NCBI GenBank assembly: GCA_049840735.1
Contig: JASGJN010000026.1
Coordinates: forward strand, 96,001 to 160,000
Length of the DNA stretch: 64,000 nucleotides
Reading direction: 5' to 3'
Source: Anaeromyxobacter sp.
Lineage (GTDB): Bacteria; Myxococcota; Myxococcia; Myxococcales; Anaeromyxobacteraceae
In this document: piece after piece, positions 29,066 to 47,759 of the stretch
How the letters are laid out: each line of letters begins with the position of its first letter
How positions within the stretch are numbered: position 1 is the stretch's first letter
Made by a program: the position numbers and the translations under genes
The notes under the pieces: generated by a model
What the model was told of the DNA's origin: nothing
What the model saw: only the letters and a program-made list of their open reading frames with translations
Database searches by the model: none

Positions 29066-30271
29066 GTGCCTGCCCAGCCCAGAAGCTCCCGCTCCGCACT
29101 GGCGGTCCTCTTCACCATCGTCTTCATCGACCTGCTCGGCTTCGGGATGGTCATCCCGGTGATGGCGCTCTACGCCGAGCACCTGGGCGCGTCCAAGGCC
29201 CAGACCGGCTGGCTGATGACCGGGTACTCGGCCATGCAGTTCGTCTTCACGCCGCTGTGGGGCCGGCTCTCGGATCGCTTCGGCCGCCGCCCGCTGCTCC
29301 TCATCTCCATCTTCATGACCTCGGCGGCGTTCGTCATGTACGCGCTGGCGCCGTCGTTCGGCTGGCTGCTGGCGTCCCGCCTCTTCGCCGGCTTCGCCAC
29401 CGCCAACATCGCCATCGCGCAGGCCTACATCGCCGACGTCACGCCGCCCGAGGGGCGCGCCAAGGGCATGGGGCTCATCGGCGCCGCCTTCGGCCTGGGC
29501 TTCGTGCTCGGGCCGGCGCTGGGCGGCTACCTCTCCAGCTTCGACCCCGCCTACCCCGGCTTCGCGGCCGCGGGGCTGGCGCTGGTCAACGGCCTGGCCG
29601 CGACGCTGGTGCTGCGCGAGCCCACCCAGCGGACCGTGGCGCCGAAGCGCGCCGGCATGCGGGCCATGCTGGAGGAGCTCTCGCGCCCCGGGATCCGGCG
29701 GCTCATCGCCATCTTCTTCCTGGCCATCATGGCCTTCAGCGCCATGGAGGCCACCTTCTCGCTGCTGGCGGCGCACCGCTACGGGCTGGCCGAGCGGCAG
29801 GTGAGCTACGTCTTCGTCTTCATCGGCGTCGTCATCACCGTCGTGCAGGGCGGGCTGATCGGCCCGCTCACGCGCCGGTTCGGCGAGCAGCGGCTGCTCG
29901 TGGCCGGGCTCCTGCTGCAGGTGGCCGGGCTGGCCGCGCTGCCGTGGGCGGGCGGCGTCCCCGGGCTCTTGGCGGCCTGCCTCCCGCTGGCGGCCGGCAG
30001 CGGCCTCACCAACCCGGCCATGAGCGCGCTCCTCTCCCGGAGCGCCAGGGCCGAAGACCAGGGGGGCACGCTCGGCATCGGGCAGTCGGCCTCGGCGCTG
30101 GGTCGCATCGCCGGGCCCATCTCTGCCACCAACGCCTACGATCACCTCTGGTTCGCGGCGCCTTACATGGGCGGCGCCGCGCTGGTGCTGGTCACGGCTG
30201 CCATCGCGGCCACCCTGCGCCGGCCTGCCCCAGCCGCCGAGCCGGGGGGCGCCGCGCGCGAGATCAGCTAG
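29066..30271 (+). CDS. MFS transporter (TetA/DHA1-like)
   Basis: GRLSDRFGRRP motif A, GFVLGPALGG motif C; GTG start assumed. Confidence 0.9.
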   Translation: MPAQPRSSRSALAVLFTIVFIDLLGFGMVIPVMALYAEHLGASKAQTGWLMTGYSAMQFVFTPLWGRLSDRFGRRPLLLISIFMTSAAFVMYALAPSFGWLLASRLFAGFATANIAIAQAYIADVTPPEGRAKGMGLIGAAFGLGFVLGPALGGYLSSFDPAYPGFAAAGLALVNGLAATLVLREPTQRTVAPKRAGMRAMLEELSRPGIRRLIAIFFLAIMAFSAMEATFSLLAAHRYGLAERQVSYVFVFIGVVITVVQGGLIGPLTRRFGEQRLLVAGLLLQVAGLAALPWAGGVPGLLAACLPLAAGSGLTNPAMSALLSRSARAEDQGGTLGIGQSASALGRIAGPISATNAYDHLWFAAPYMGGAALVLVTAAIAATLRRPAPAAEPGGAAREIS

Positions 30272-30280
30272 AATCGCCGG

Positions 30281-31282
30281 ATGCCGGAGCTGCGCAGGGA
30301 CCCCATCGTCGGCCGCTGGGTCATCATCGCCACCGAGCGGGCCCGCCGCCCCAACGAGCTGGCGCAGGAGGCGCCGCCGTTCCCGCGGGGCCTGTGCCCG
30401 TTCTGCCCCGGGCACGAGGACAAGACGCCGGGCGAGGTGTACGTGTGGGGCCGCCACGGCCACTCCCCGGCCAACGGCCAGGGCTGGAAGGTGCGCGTCA
30501 TCCCCAACCGCTTCCCCGCGCTCAAGATCGAGGGCGAGCTGGACCGGCAGGCGGAGGGCATCTACGACCGGATGAACGGCATCGGCGCGCACGAGGTGAT
30601 CATCGAGACGCCCGATCACCAGAAGACCACCAAGGACCTCACGCCCGCCGAGCTGACCGAGGTCCTCCTCGCCTGCAAGTCGCGCATCCTCGACCTGCGC
30701 AACGACCAGCGCTTCCGCTACGTCCTGCTCTTCAAGAACCACGGCGCCATGGCCGGCGCCTCGCTGGAGCACTCCCACTCGCAGCTCATCGCGCTGCCGG
30801 TGGTGCCGCGCCAGGTCGTCTCGGAGCTGGAGGGCTCGAAGCGCCACCACGACCTCAAGGAGCGGTGCATCTACTGCGACATCGTCGGCCAGGAGCGGAA
30901 GGACCGCTCGCGGCTGGTGTACGAGAACGACGACTTCGTGGTGCTGGCGCCCTGGGCGCCCCGCAGCCCGTTCGAGACCTGGATCGTGCCCCGCCGGCAC
31001 GAGTCCAACTACGAGGCGGAGCCGCGCGAGCGCCTGGCGCAGTGCGCCCAGGCGCTGGGGACCACCCTCCGCAGGCTGGCGGCGGCGCTGGGGAACCCGC
31101 ACTACAACTTCATGCTGCACTCCAACCCGCTGCGGGACGCGTCCAGCCCCAGTTATCACTGGCACATCGAGGTGATGCCGGCCCTGACGCAGCTCGCCGG
31201 CTTCGAGTGGGGCTCGGGCTTCCACATCAACCCGGTCCCTCCGGAAGAGGCAGCGGAGTTCCTCCGCAAGGTTGCTGGCTGA
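30281..31282 (+). CDS. galT: Galactose-1-phosphate uridylyltransferase / GalT-like nucleotidyltransferase
   Basis: ELRRDP, ERARRP, CPFCPG, FKNHG..AGASLEHSHSQ. Confidence 0.88.
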   Translation: MPELRRDPIVGRWVIIATERARRPNELAQEAPPFPRGLCPFCPGHEDKTPGEVYVWGRHGHSPANGQGWKVRVIPNRFPALKIEGELDRQAEGIYDRMNGIGAHEVIIETPDHQKTTKDLTPAELTEVLLACKSRILDLRNDQRFRYVLLFKNHGAMAGASLEHSHSQLIALPVVPRQVVSELEGSKRHHDLKERCIYCDIVGQERKDRSRLVYENDDFVVLAPWAPRSPFETWIVPRRHESNYEAEPRERLAQCAQALGTTLRRLAAALGNPHYNFMLHSNPLRDASSPSYHWHIEVMPALTQLAGFEWGSGFHINPVPPEEAAEFLRKVAG

Positions 31283-31317
31283 CCTGCGCGACGGCGTCGC
31301 GCATACTGTGACCACCG

Positions 31318-32745
31318 ATGGAGATCCTGTTCGTTTCCTCGGAGGTGGCCCCCTGGTCCAAGACCGGCGGCCTGGGCGACGTGGCCGGGGCGCTGCCCCG
31401 GGCGCTGGCCGCTCGCGGCCACCAGGTCACGGTGGTCACCCCGCGCTACCATGCCATCGACGTCCAGAAGGAAGGGCTGCGCCCGGCCGGCCACGAGCTG
31501 GTGATCCGCGGCCAGCGTGTTTCGCTGTGGGTGAAGGAGGAGGGCGCCCGGGTCTTCTTCGTCGAGCACGACCCGTACTTCGGCAGCCGGCTCGGTCCCT
31601 ACGGCGACAAGCTGGGCGAGTACGGCGACAACGCCGAGCGGTTCGCGCTGCTGGTCCGGGTGGCGCTGGCGCTGCCCGGCGAGCTGGGCTTCCGGCCGCA
31701 CATCGTCCACGGCAATGACTGGCAGACCGGGCTCATCCCCTACGTGCTGCGGCGCGAGCACGCCACTGACCGCGCCCTCTCCCGCGCCCGCTCCGTCTTC
31801 ACCATCCACAACCTGGCCTACCAGGGCGTCTTCCCCAAGGCGGTGGTGCCTGCGCTGGGGCTGCCCTGGGACGTCTTCCGGTATCAGTCGATGGAGTTCT
31901 GGGATCAGCTCTCCTTCATGAAGGCGGGGCTGACCGGCTCGGACGCGCTCACCACCGTCTCGCCCACCTACGCCCGCGAGATCCTCACGCCCGAGGGCGG
32001 CGCGCACATGGACGCGGTGCTGCGCCACCGCGGCCGCGACCTGACCGGCATCCTCAACGGCATCGACACGGCGGAGTGGAACCCGGCCACCGATCCGCAC
32101 CTGGCCGCCCCCTTCTCACCGGAGGACCTGGCCGGGAAGGCCACCAACAAGGCCGCGGTGCAGCGCGAGCTCGGCCTGCCGGTCCGGCCGGACGTGCCGC
32201 TGGTCGGCATGGTGGGGCGGCTGGCCGAGCAGAAGGGGATCGACCTGGTGTCGGCGGTGCTGCCGGCGCTGCTCCAGGCCGACGTGCAGCTGGTGCTGCT
32301 GGGCAGCGGGGACCCGGGCTACCAGGACCTGCTGCGCCAGGCGGCGGCGGCGCAGCCGCAGAAGATGGCGGTGCGGATCGGCTTCGACGAGGGGCTGGCG
32401 CACCGGATCGAGGCCGGCGGCGACGTGTTCCTGATGCCGTCGCGGTTCGAGCCCTGCGGCCTCAACCAGATGTACTCGCTCCGCTACGGCACGGTGCCGG
32501 TGGTGCGGGCGGTGGGCGGCCTGGAGGACACCGTCGAGGACTACGACGGCGCCGGCGCGGGCACCGGCTTCAAGTTCCGCCAGTACACGCCGGACGCGCT
32601 CATGACCGCGCTGCGGCGCGCGCTGGACCTCTACCGCGACCGGCGTGCCTGGCGCGGCCTCATGCTGCGCGGCATGGCCGAGGACAACAGCTGGGAGCGC
32701 AGCGCGGCGTCGTACGAGCAGATCTACCGGAAGCTGGCCGGGTAG
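31318..32745 (+). CDS. glgA: Glycogen synthase
   Basis: KTGGLGDV, HGNDWQ, TIHNLAYQG, PSRFEPCGLNQ. Confidence 0.95.
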   Translation: MEILFVSSEVAPWSKTGGLGDVAGALPRALAARGHQVTVVTPRYHAIDVQKEGLRPAGHELVIRGQRVSLWVKEEGARVFFVEHDPYFGSRLGPYGDKLGEYGDNAERFALLVRVALALPGELGFRPHIVHGNDWQTGLIPYVLRREHATDRALSRARSVFTIHNLAYQGVFPKAVVPALGLPWDVFRYQSMEFWDQLSFMKAGLTGSDALTTVSPTYAREILTPEGGAHMDAVLRHRGRDLTGILNGIDTAEWNPATDPHLAAPFSPEDLAGKATNKAAVQRELGLPVRPDVPLVGMVGRLAEQKGIDLVSAVLPALLQADVQLVLLGSGDPGYQDLLRQAAAAQPQKMAVRIGFDEGLAHRIEAGGDVFLMPSRFEPCGLNQMYSLRYGTVPVVRAVGGLEDTVEDYDGAGAGTGFKFRQYTPDALMTALRRALDLYRDRRAWRGLMLRGMAEDNSWERSAASYEQIYRKLAG

Positions 32746-32836
32746 GCGGCCCGGCGCGCGTCCCGCGGCCGGTCCACGGTGCGGTGGCCGGCCTGGCCGC
32801 CCGGCGGCGCAGGCCGGGCGTGCGCAAGGTGCTGGC

Positions 32837-33133
32837 ATGGCCCCTCGCCACGACGAAGACCTCGACCCCGAGCCCACCGCCCAGCCCTCCGACCACCACG
32901 CCCGCGCGCTGCAGGAGGAGGACGACGAGAAGGTGGTGCCCGTCTCCAACGTGGGCGGCGCCGCCCCAACCCCGCTCGGCCTCGACTCCGGCGGCGACCT
33001 CGCCGGCCCGGAGGACGACCTCTCGAACCTCTCCGAGCCCGAGCCGCCGGAGGCGCCCGAGGTGGGCGCGCTCCATGTGCGCGACGAGGAGGACGAGCTG
33101 CGGGCGGCGCGGACCGACGACGACGTGGTCTGA
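32837..33133 (+). CDS. Small acidic hypothetical protein
   Basis: 98-aa D/E-rich ORF with GC3-rich codons. Confidence 0.55.
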   Translation: MAPRHDEDLDPEPTAQPSDHHARALQEEDDEKVVPVSNVGGAAPTPLGLDSGGDLAGPEDDLSNLSEPEPPEAPEVGALHVRDEEDELRAARTDDDVV

Positions 33134-33149
33134 CGCCGCCCGGCCCGTC

Positions 33150-35066
33150 TCAGGGCTCCGCGAAGAGCAGGTACGGCACCGCGGCGGTGTCGTCGTTGGC
33201 CCTGTCGCAGGCGGCGTCCAGCCCGTCCACGAGCCACCACTTGCCCGACTCGTCCAGGCCGGCGTCCACCCTGCCCGCGCCGTTCAGCAGCGGCGTGGTG
33301 CTCCACACGCCATCGTCGCGGATGGCCAGGCCCAGGACGTCCCCGCCCAGCGGCACGACGATCCGCTTGCCATCGCGGGTGGCAGCCGCCTGCCCGAGCC
33401 CCACGCCTTTGATGGCCACCGGGTCCTCCCAGGCGAGGGCGTTCCGCTTCACGGTGTAGGTCCGGCCGTAGCCGTAGCCGTACTCGACGAGGCTGAGGGC
33501 GGTGTCGCTGGTGGGGAGGACCAGCGAGAACGGATACCAAGAGGTCGTGCCGTCGTAGGGATAGGCCACCGCGGTCCAGCCACCGCTGCCGCGGCGAAGG
33601 AGCGAGCGGGCCTGGCCGATGCCCTGCTGCGTCAGCAGGCCGGGCTCGCCGCCGGGCGTGAAGGCCAGGCCGGTGATGGGGAAGCCAGAGGACGAGGGGA
33701 CCACGTCCTCGACGGCCCACGCGCCGCCGGCGTTGCTGACGTGGAGGTAGCCCTCGAGCGCGCCCAGCAGGAGGTGGAGCGCACCGGAGGGATCGACGCT
33801 GAAATCGCTGGACCCGACCTGCATCGGGCACCCAGGCACGCCGATGGCCTCCTCGTGCCAGCTGCCGTCGTTCCAGAGGTGCGTGAGCACGCAGTCCTGC
33901 TCGTGGATGGCGTGGGCGGCGCCGCCGGAGAAGATCACGCCGGGCGCGAGGAGCCGGCCGCCGGTCTTCTGAAAGGTGCCGCGCGCTGGCTCCAGGGGGA
34001 AGAAGACGCTCGGCCCGGAGGGGGAGGCGCAGCCCACGCTGCGCGCGAGCGCCAGGTGGCCAGCGGCGTCCCGCGCCGCGCGCGCGGCGGCAGGCGCGAG
34101 GAAGCGGGTGGTCTGCATCCCCTCCCGCGCCACCAGCGCATCCGTGTACACGCGGGCGGACAGGTCGCTCGCCGGCGTCACGCGCACCGAGATCCCGTAC
34201 CGCCACTGGCCGGGGGGCTCGTTCGCCAGGTCGAGCGAGGTGGCGCCCGGGGCCGGGGCCGGGAGCGGCTCGTCCACCGGCGTCTGGGCCGTCGCGGACT
34301 GCCGGACCAGCTCGTAGGTGTAGGCGTACCCGTCGGGCGCGCTCCAGGTCAGGTGGACCGTCTGGCCCTCCACGGTGGCGTGGAAGCCGTTCACCGGGCC
34401 CGGCGCCGACCACGTGGTCCGCACGGTCACCGGTTCGCTCTCCAGCGCGCCGAGCACGTAGGTTACCCGGTACTCGACCGCGTTGCCGTCGGCGTACAGG
34501 GGCTCGGTGCCGGCCCAGCCGGTGGTCAGGGGATCGACCGCGACGGTCCCCCAGGGCCCAGCCACGTCGCCCGGGCTGACGGCCCTCCGCTCCAGGCGCG
34601 GCACCACCTCGGCCGACCGGGAGACCTTCCGCCAGCCCACGTACATCCACGGCGACGGCCCGCCCATCGTCTCTGCGGTCAGATCGGCGGCCCCGCGGAC
34701 CGGCACGGTGACCGACAGGACCTCCGACCACTGGGACGCGGTCCGCCCGGCCCAGCACCTCAGGCGGAACTCGAAGGTCTGGCCGTCCAGGCCCACATCG
34801 CTGAGGAGCACGATCCCTGTCTCGCTCGCCGCGAGCGCGCGAGTGACCTCCAGCCAGGAGCCGCCGGGCACCCGGTAGTCGAGCTGGAAGACGTTCCAGT
34901 CGCCCTGCGGAGCGGTCGTGCCCAGGACGATTCCCTGGGGCGGCTCACCGAAGCCCACCAGCGTGAGCGTGGGTGCGCCGCCTCCCCCGCCCCCGCTGTC
35001 CTTGCCGCCGCACGCGAGCACGCTGGCCGCGAGCACGGCCAGACCCATCGAAAGATACCGGTTCAT
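33150..35066 (-). CDS. Lipoprotein with fibronectin type III-like domains and C-terminal beta-propeller-like region
   Basis: Lipobox VLAC; FN3-like QLDYR...W, V.LTW.AP; GGGAGGGGG SD. Confidence 0.65.
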   Translation of the reverse strand: MNRYLSMGLAVLAASVLACGGKDSGGGGGGAPTLTLVGFGEPPQGIVLGTTAPQGDWNVFQLDYRVPGGSWLEVTRALAASETGIVLLSDVGLDGQTFEFRLRCWAGRTASQWSEVLSVTVPVRGAADLTAETMGGPSPWMYVGWRKVSRSAEVVPRLERRAVSPGDVAGPWGTVAVDPLTTGWAGTEPLYADGNAVEYRVTYVLGALESEPVTVRTTWSAPGPVNGFHATVEGQTVHLTWSAPDGYAYTYELVRQSATAQTPVDEPLPAPAPGATSLDLANEPPGQWRYGISVRVTPASDLSARVYTDALVAREGMQTTRFLAPAAARAARDAAGHLALARSVGCASPSGPSVFFPLEPARGTFQKTGGRLLAPGVIFSGGAAHAIHEQDCVLTHLWNDGSWHEEAIGVPGCPMQVGSSDFSVDPSGALHLLLGALEGYLHVSNAGGAWAVEDVVPSSSGFPITGLAFTPGGEPGLLTQQGIGQARSLLRRGSGGWTAVAYPYDGTTSWYPFSLVLPTSDTALSLVEYGYGYGRTYTVKRNALAWEDPVAIKGVGLGQAAATRDGKRIVVPLGGDVLGLAIRDDGVWSTTPLLNGAGRVDAGLDESGKWWLVDGLDAACDRANDDTAAVPYLLFAEP

Positions 35067-35214
35067 GATGTCCCCCTCCCGCTCCCCGTCTACCACACGC
35101 ACGCATGGTCGAGGCGAACGGACTCACCTCGGGGAAACCCCACCCGTGAGGCCGCAGGAGGCCTTCGAGCGGGGCCGTTGCGGCCCGGATCTCCCCGTGC
35201 CACCGTCCCCGGCA

Positions 35215-36219
35215 GTGGCCCTGCTCCCCGCCCCGCTCCGCACCCGGCGCCTGCGCCTGGTCCCCGCCACCGTCGAGCACCTGCGCGCCGAGCTGGAGGG
35301 ACGCGAGGCGTTCGCGGCGGCGCTGGGCGCCGAGGTCACGGAGAGCTGGCCGCCGGGGGAGTACGACGGCGCCGCCATCGGCTTCTTCCTGGCGCGGCAC
35401 GAGGCGCTGGGCGCCGCGGCGGAGGGCTGGTTCGGCTGGTACGCGCTGACCGTCCCGGCGCGCGCGGACGAGCGGCCGATGGTGGTGGCCGCGGCCGGCT
35501 ACCTGGGGCCGCCCGGGCCGGAGGGGACGGTGGAGATCGGCTACTCGGTGATCCCGGAGCAGCGGGGCCGCGGCCACGCCAGCGCCATCGCCGACGCGCT
35601 GGCGGCGCGCGCGCTGCGGCTCCCAGGGGTGGAGCGGGTGGTCGCGCACATCATGATGGGCAACGAGCCCTCGCAGGCGGTGCTGCTCCGCGCGGGGTTC
35701 GCGCGGGTGGGGCCCGGCCGCGAGACCGGCACGCTGCGCTTCGAGCGGCCCGCCAGCGTACCGGGCACGGTGCGCCGCGCCCAGCCGGACGACGCGCCGG
35801 CCATCGCCGCGCTCTTCACGGCCTCCCGCCGCGCGGCCATGCCCGGGCTGCCGGAGCTGCACACGCCCGCCGACACGGAGTGGTTCTTCCGCGAGGTGGT
35901 GCCGGCGCTGCGCGAGGTCTGGGTGCTGGAGGACGGCGGGCCGGTGATCGGCTTCATCGCCTTCGGCGGAGGCGAGATCGAGCACCTGTACGTCGCCCCG
36001 GGCGCGCAGGGGCGCGGAGCCGGAGCGCGCCTGCTCGGGCTGGCCATGGCCAGCGGCGCGCCGCTGGAGCTGTGGACCTTCGCGCGCAACGCCGCCGCGC
36101 GGGCCTTCTACGAACACCACGGCTTCGCGGCGGTCGAGGAGACCGACGGCGCCGGCAACGAGGAGCGCGAGCCGGACGTGCGTTACCGGTGGGACGGGAT
36201 GACGCGCACCGCAGGGTAG
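35215..36219 (+). CDS. Tandem GNAT acetyltransferase (RimJ-like + second GNAT)
   Basis: VEIGY...QRGRGHA; LYVAP.AQGRGAG; N..ARAFYE..GF; start uncertain. Confidence 0.82.
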   Translation: MALLPAPLRTRRLRLVPATVEHLRAELEGREAFAAALGAEVTESWPPGEYDGAAIGFFLARHEALGAAAEGWFGWYALTVPARADERPMVVAAAGYLGPPGPEGTVEIGYSVIPEQRGRGHASAIADALAARALRLPGVERVVAHIMMGNEPSQAVLLRAGFARVGPGRETGTLRFERPASVPGTVRRAQPDDAPAIAALFTASRRAAMPGLPELHTPADTEWFFREVVPALREVWVLEDGGPVIGFIAFGGGEIEHLYVAPGAQGRGAGARLLGLAMASGAPLELWTFARNAAARAFYEHHGFAAVEETDGAGNEEREPDVRYRWDGMTRTAG

Positions 36220-36226
36220 TTCCCGG

Positions 36227-36329
36227 CCTTCGACTCCGGGCCCGCCTCGGGCGGGCCCTACGCTCAGGCTGACCGGATCCAGGCTCCGTTCGGCCTGAGC
36301 GTAGCCGCCGAAGGCGGCGGAGTCGAAGG
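36227..36329. repeat. Inverted pair of REP-like elements
   Basis: Forward 36227-36276, reverse 36286-36329. Confidence 0.88.
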
Positions 36330-36455
36330 CCAGGCCCCATGCACGCGAAGCGAGCCCTCTCGTTCGCGGCTCCAGTTCGATCAAGGCGCGCTGAGGGTGC
36401 GCGGCGGCGTGCCCCGCTCACGGATTGGCCGCGGCCGGGCTATCGTGCCTGGTCC

Positions 36456-37364
36456 ATGGCCCGCCCCGCGGTCTCGAACGTCGCGCTCTTCGTCATCCCC
36501 AGCGTCATCTGGGGCACCACCTGGCTGGCCATCAAGTTCCAGCTGGGGCTGGTCGCGCCGGAGGTCTCGGTCACCTGGCGCTTCGCGCTGGCCGGAGCGC
36601 TGATCGTGGCCTGGTGCGCGCTGCGCGGCGTGCCGCTCCGCTTCTCACCGCGGGACCACGCCGGCTTCGCGCTGCTGGGCGCGCTCCTGTTCGGCGTGAA
36701 CTACGTGCTCACCTACCGGAGCGAGCAGTACCTGACCAGCGGGCTGGTGGCGGTGATCTTCGCCTTCATCGTCTTCTGGAACCTGCTCGGCGCCTGGCTC
36801 CTCTTCGGCACCCGGCCGCCGCGGGCGGTGGTGGCCGGCGCGGCGCTGGGCGTGGGCGGCGTGGCGCTGCTCTTCTGGCCGGAGGTGGCCTCGCTGCGCG
36901 CCGGCGCCTCCGGCGGCCAGGCCGCGGGCATGGGGCTGGCCGTGGTGGCCACGCTGCTCGCGTCCGGGGGGAACCTCTACTCGCAGCGGCTCTTCCGGCG
37001 CGGCCTCCCGGTGCTCCCGGCCACCGGCCTCTCCATGGCCTACAGCGCCGCCATGGTGGCGGGCTGGTGCGCCGTCACCGGCGTCCCCTTCACGTTCGAC
37101 GCGCGCCCCGGCTACGTGCTCTCGCTGCTCTACCTGGCCTGCTTCGGCTCGGTGGTGGCGTTCCTCACCTACCTGACGCTGGTCCACCGCATCGGCGCCG
37201 GCCGGGCCGGGTACACCTCCGCCGTGACGCCGGCGGTGGCGATGGCCATCTCGACCGCGTTCGAGGGCTACCGCTGGACGCCCGGCACGCTGGCCGGAAT
37301 GGCGCTGGTGCTGGGCGGGACGGTGCTGGTGCTGCGGGCCAGGGCGACCGCGGCGCCGCGCTGA
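36456..37364 (+). CDS. EamA/DMT family transporter
   Basis: IWGTTWLAIK, about 10 TM segments, YLACFGSVVAF. Confidence 0.9.
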   Translation: MARPAVSNVALFVIPSVIWGTTWLAIKFQLGLVAPEVSVTWRFALAGALIVAWCALRGVPLRFSPRDHAGFALLGALLFGVNYVLTYRSEQYLTSGLVAVIFAFIVFWNLLGAWLLFGTRPPRAVVAGAALGVGGVALLFWPEVASLRAGASGGQAAGMGLAVVATLLASGGNLYSQRLFRRGLPVLPATGLSMAYSAAMVAGWCAVTGVPFTFDARPGYVLSLLYLACFGSVVAFLTYLTLVHRIGAGRAGYTSAVTPAVAMAISTAFEGYRWTPGTLAGMALVLGGTVLVLRARATAAPR

Positions 37365-37414
37365 TCCCGGGAATGGCCGCCGGTCTGCCGGGTTCCCCGG
37401 GGAGGAGGAGTCCG

Positions 37415-38020
37415 GTGCCCCCTCGCCCCCTGTTGCTCACGCTGGCCGCGGCCGCGCTCCTGCCCGCGCTCGCCGCTGCGCAGGCGCGCCCGGCCGACCG
37501 CGCCGCCTTCACCCGCCGGCTGGTGGCGGCGGCGGTGGCGCGCACCCAGGTGAAGGTCCGGTACGTCCCGGACTACGTCGGCATCCCGTACCCCGGCGGC
37601 GACGTGCCGGCCGGCACCGGGGTCTGCACCGACGAGATCATCCGCATCTACCGCGCGGTGGGGATCGACCTGCAGCGGGAGGTGCACGAGGACATCGTGC
37701 GGAACCGGGCCGCCTACCCGCGGGTGAGCGGCCGTCCGGACACCAGCATCGACCACCGGCGCGTGCCCAACCTCATGGCCTTCCTCGACCGCCACGGGGA
37801 GCCGCTGGCGCGGAGCGACGACCCCACCGACTACCGGCCCGGCGACCTCGTCACCTGGGACCTGGCCGCCGGCCACATCGGCATGGTGGTGGACCGGAAG
37901 GATCCCTCCGGCCGCCCGCTCATCCTGCACAATGTGGGCAGGGGCCCGATGATCGAGGACGCGCTCTTCGCCTGGCCCATCACCGGCCACTGGCGGTACG
38001 CGGGGAGGGCGCGGCGGTAA
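37415..38020 (+). CDS. DUF1287 family secreted protein
   Basis: YPGGDVP...GVCTD, DLQ..VHED, IDHRRV.NL, HIG, HN.G; GGAGGAGG SD. Confidence 0.85.
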   Translation: MPPRPLLLTLAAAALLPALAAAQARPADRAAFTRRLVAAAVARTQVKVRYVPDYVGIPYPGGDVPAGTGVCTDEIIRIYRAVGIDLQREVHEDIVRNRAAYPRVSGRPDTSIDHRRVPNLMAFLDRHGEPLARSDDPTDYRPGDLVTWDLAAGHIGMVVDRKDPSGRPLILHNVGRGPMIEDALFAWPITGHWRYAGRARR

Positions 38021-38034
38021 GCCGGGACGGCGGG

Positions 38035-38613
38035 TCAGCCGCGGTGGGCCATTCGCCGCGCGGGCGCCTTGGCGCGGGCCGGATCGACCTCGGCGATGAG
38101 CTGGAGCGCGGCCTGGTCCCGCAGCACCTCACGGTCGTTTCCCTCCTTCCGGACCGCCACCGTCAGGCAGCCCGTGCAGTAGGCGACGTCCGCGCCCGTG
38201 CGGTAGACCACCGTGAGTGGCGTCCCGCAGCGGCCGCAGATCTCCTCGAAAACCGTGGCGGTGAGGATGACGCCGCCCGGCACACCCAGCAGCGCGCCCA
38301 CCAGCCAGCTGTGCGGGATGAACGCCCACACGTTGGATACCACGTAGAGCAGGCCCAGGCTGGCGAGGATGAGCAGCGGGCCCAGCACCAGGTTGAGCGG
38401 GGCCAGCTTGCGCCGGACCAGGCCGCGCTGATGGGCGGGGTAGGGGTTCCTGAGGCCATGGACCAGCGCGGCCAGCCCCGCCATCGCGAAGCCCACCGCC
38501 ACCTGGCTCCGCCGGGCCGGGGGCAGGCCGTGGAGCGCCTCGGCGAACTGGAACAAGCAGCCAGAGACGAGCAGCAGCAGCCCGCCGATCGCCACGTAGA
38601 ACGTCTTGCTCAC
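38035..38613 (-). CDS. Membrane protein with C-terminal Zn ribbon
   Basis: 4 TM segments, then CGRC...CTGC. Confidence 0.6.
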   Translation of the reverse strand: MSKTFYVAIGGLLLLVSGCLFQFAEALHGLPPARRSQVAVGFAMAGLAALVHGLRNPYPAHQRGLVRRKLAPLNLVLGPLLILASLGLLYVVSNVWAFIPHSWLVGALLGVPGGVILTATVFEEICGRCGTPLTVVYRTGADVAYCTGCLTVAVRKEGNDREVLRDQAALQLIAEVDPARAKAPARRMAHRG

Positions 38614-38649
38614 GCGTCCCCCCGGATCTGGGCCACCCAGCAGGGCAGT

Positions 38650-39463
38650 CTATCCTGGTGCGTGACGGAAGGGCTCGGCGGTGGACGGCTCGACGTGCCG
38701 CAGGCCCGGGGACGGGCCGGGGTGGAGGCGGGCCAGCGCGGCCACGAACCCGGGGAACACCCGCCAGGCCCCCAGCAGCGGCGCGCCGGCGTGGAGGGCG
38801 TCGTCGCAGCGGATGGTGAAGGCGTGCCAGGCGCCGCCAGCCGGGGCGAGCGGCCAGGCCTGCGGGGTGTCCCCGGTTCGGACGGGAGGCAGGAGACGAG
38901 CAGCGTGTCCACCGTCAGGCCCAGGCCCAGGGCCTTCAGCGCCGCCTCCTTTCCGCACCACACCAGGTTCGCCCGGACCGGATGCCCGTCCGGCGAGCCT
39001 CGCACGAACGCCTGCTCCGCTGCGGTCAGGAAGGTCTCGAGGAAGGCCGGGGAGCGGGGCTCGATGCGCCCCAGGTCGATGCCGATCCCCGGCGCGCCCG
39101 CTCCGACGGCCGCGGCGCACATCGCGTGGCCCTCGGTGTGGCTGATGGAGAGGGTGACGGGCAGCAGGTCACCCGGGGTGAAGCCAGCCACCGGCTCCGC
39201 CCCGGGCGCCAGGCGCACCACCGGCCTGCCGCCCACCTCCGGCAGGATCTCGAGCGCCGGGGGTGGCCAGCGCCCGCCGTGGATCTCCGCCAGCGCCCGG
39301 GCCACCACCGACTTGGCCACGAGGCGCCCCACCAGCCACTCCAGGCGCCGGCGCGGCACCCGGAGCTGGCCGAGGCGCTCCCGCTCCGCCCCGGTCAGCC
39401 AGGCCTCGGGCGCCTCGCCAGCCTCTGCCAGCACCTCGCGGTCGGAGCGGAGCGCCCAGTGGA

Positions 39464-39467
<4 letters not shown>
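38650..39467 (-). CDS. 4'-phosphopantetheinyl transferase, Sfp-like (probable -1 frameshift at ~38875)
   Basis: RR.EWL.GR..AK, LSISHT, GIDL, WCGKEAALKALG.GL; C-terminus reads better in the frame ending at 38650. Confidence 0.85.
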
Positions 39468-47675
<8,208 letters not shown>

Positions 47676-47759
47676 GATCCTGGCTCCCCTGGACGCGCCG
47701 CACGCCCTGGCGCGCCCGCAGCTGCCCGGCCCGGGGGCGTCCGGGCCGTGAGGTGGCGC

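Noticed and set aside
35105..35200. c-di-GMP-I riboswitch-like GGCGAAC...GAAA...GCCGCAGG
   Set aside because: Only a GAAA-capped hairpin is present; the second conserved stem and receptor are not evident. An Rfam search would settle it.
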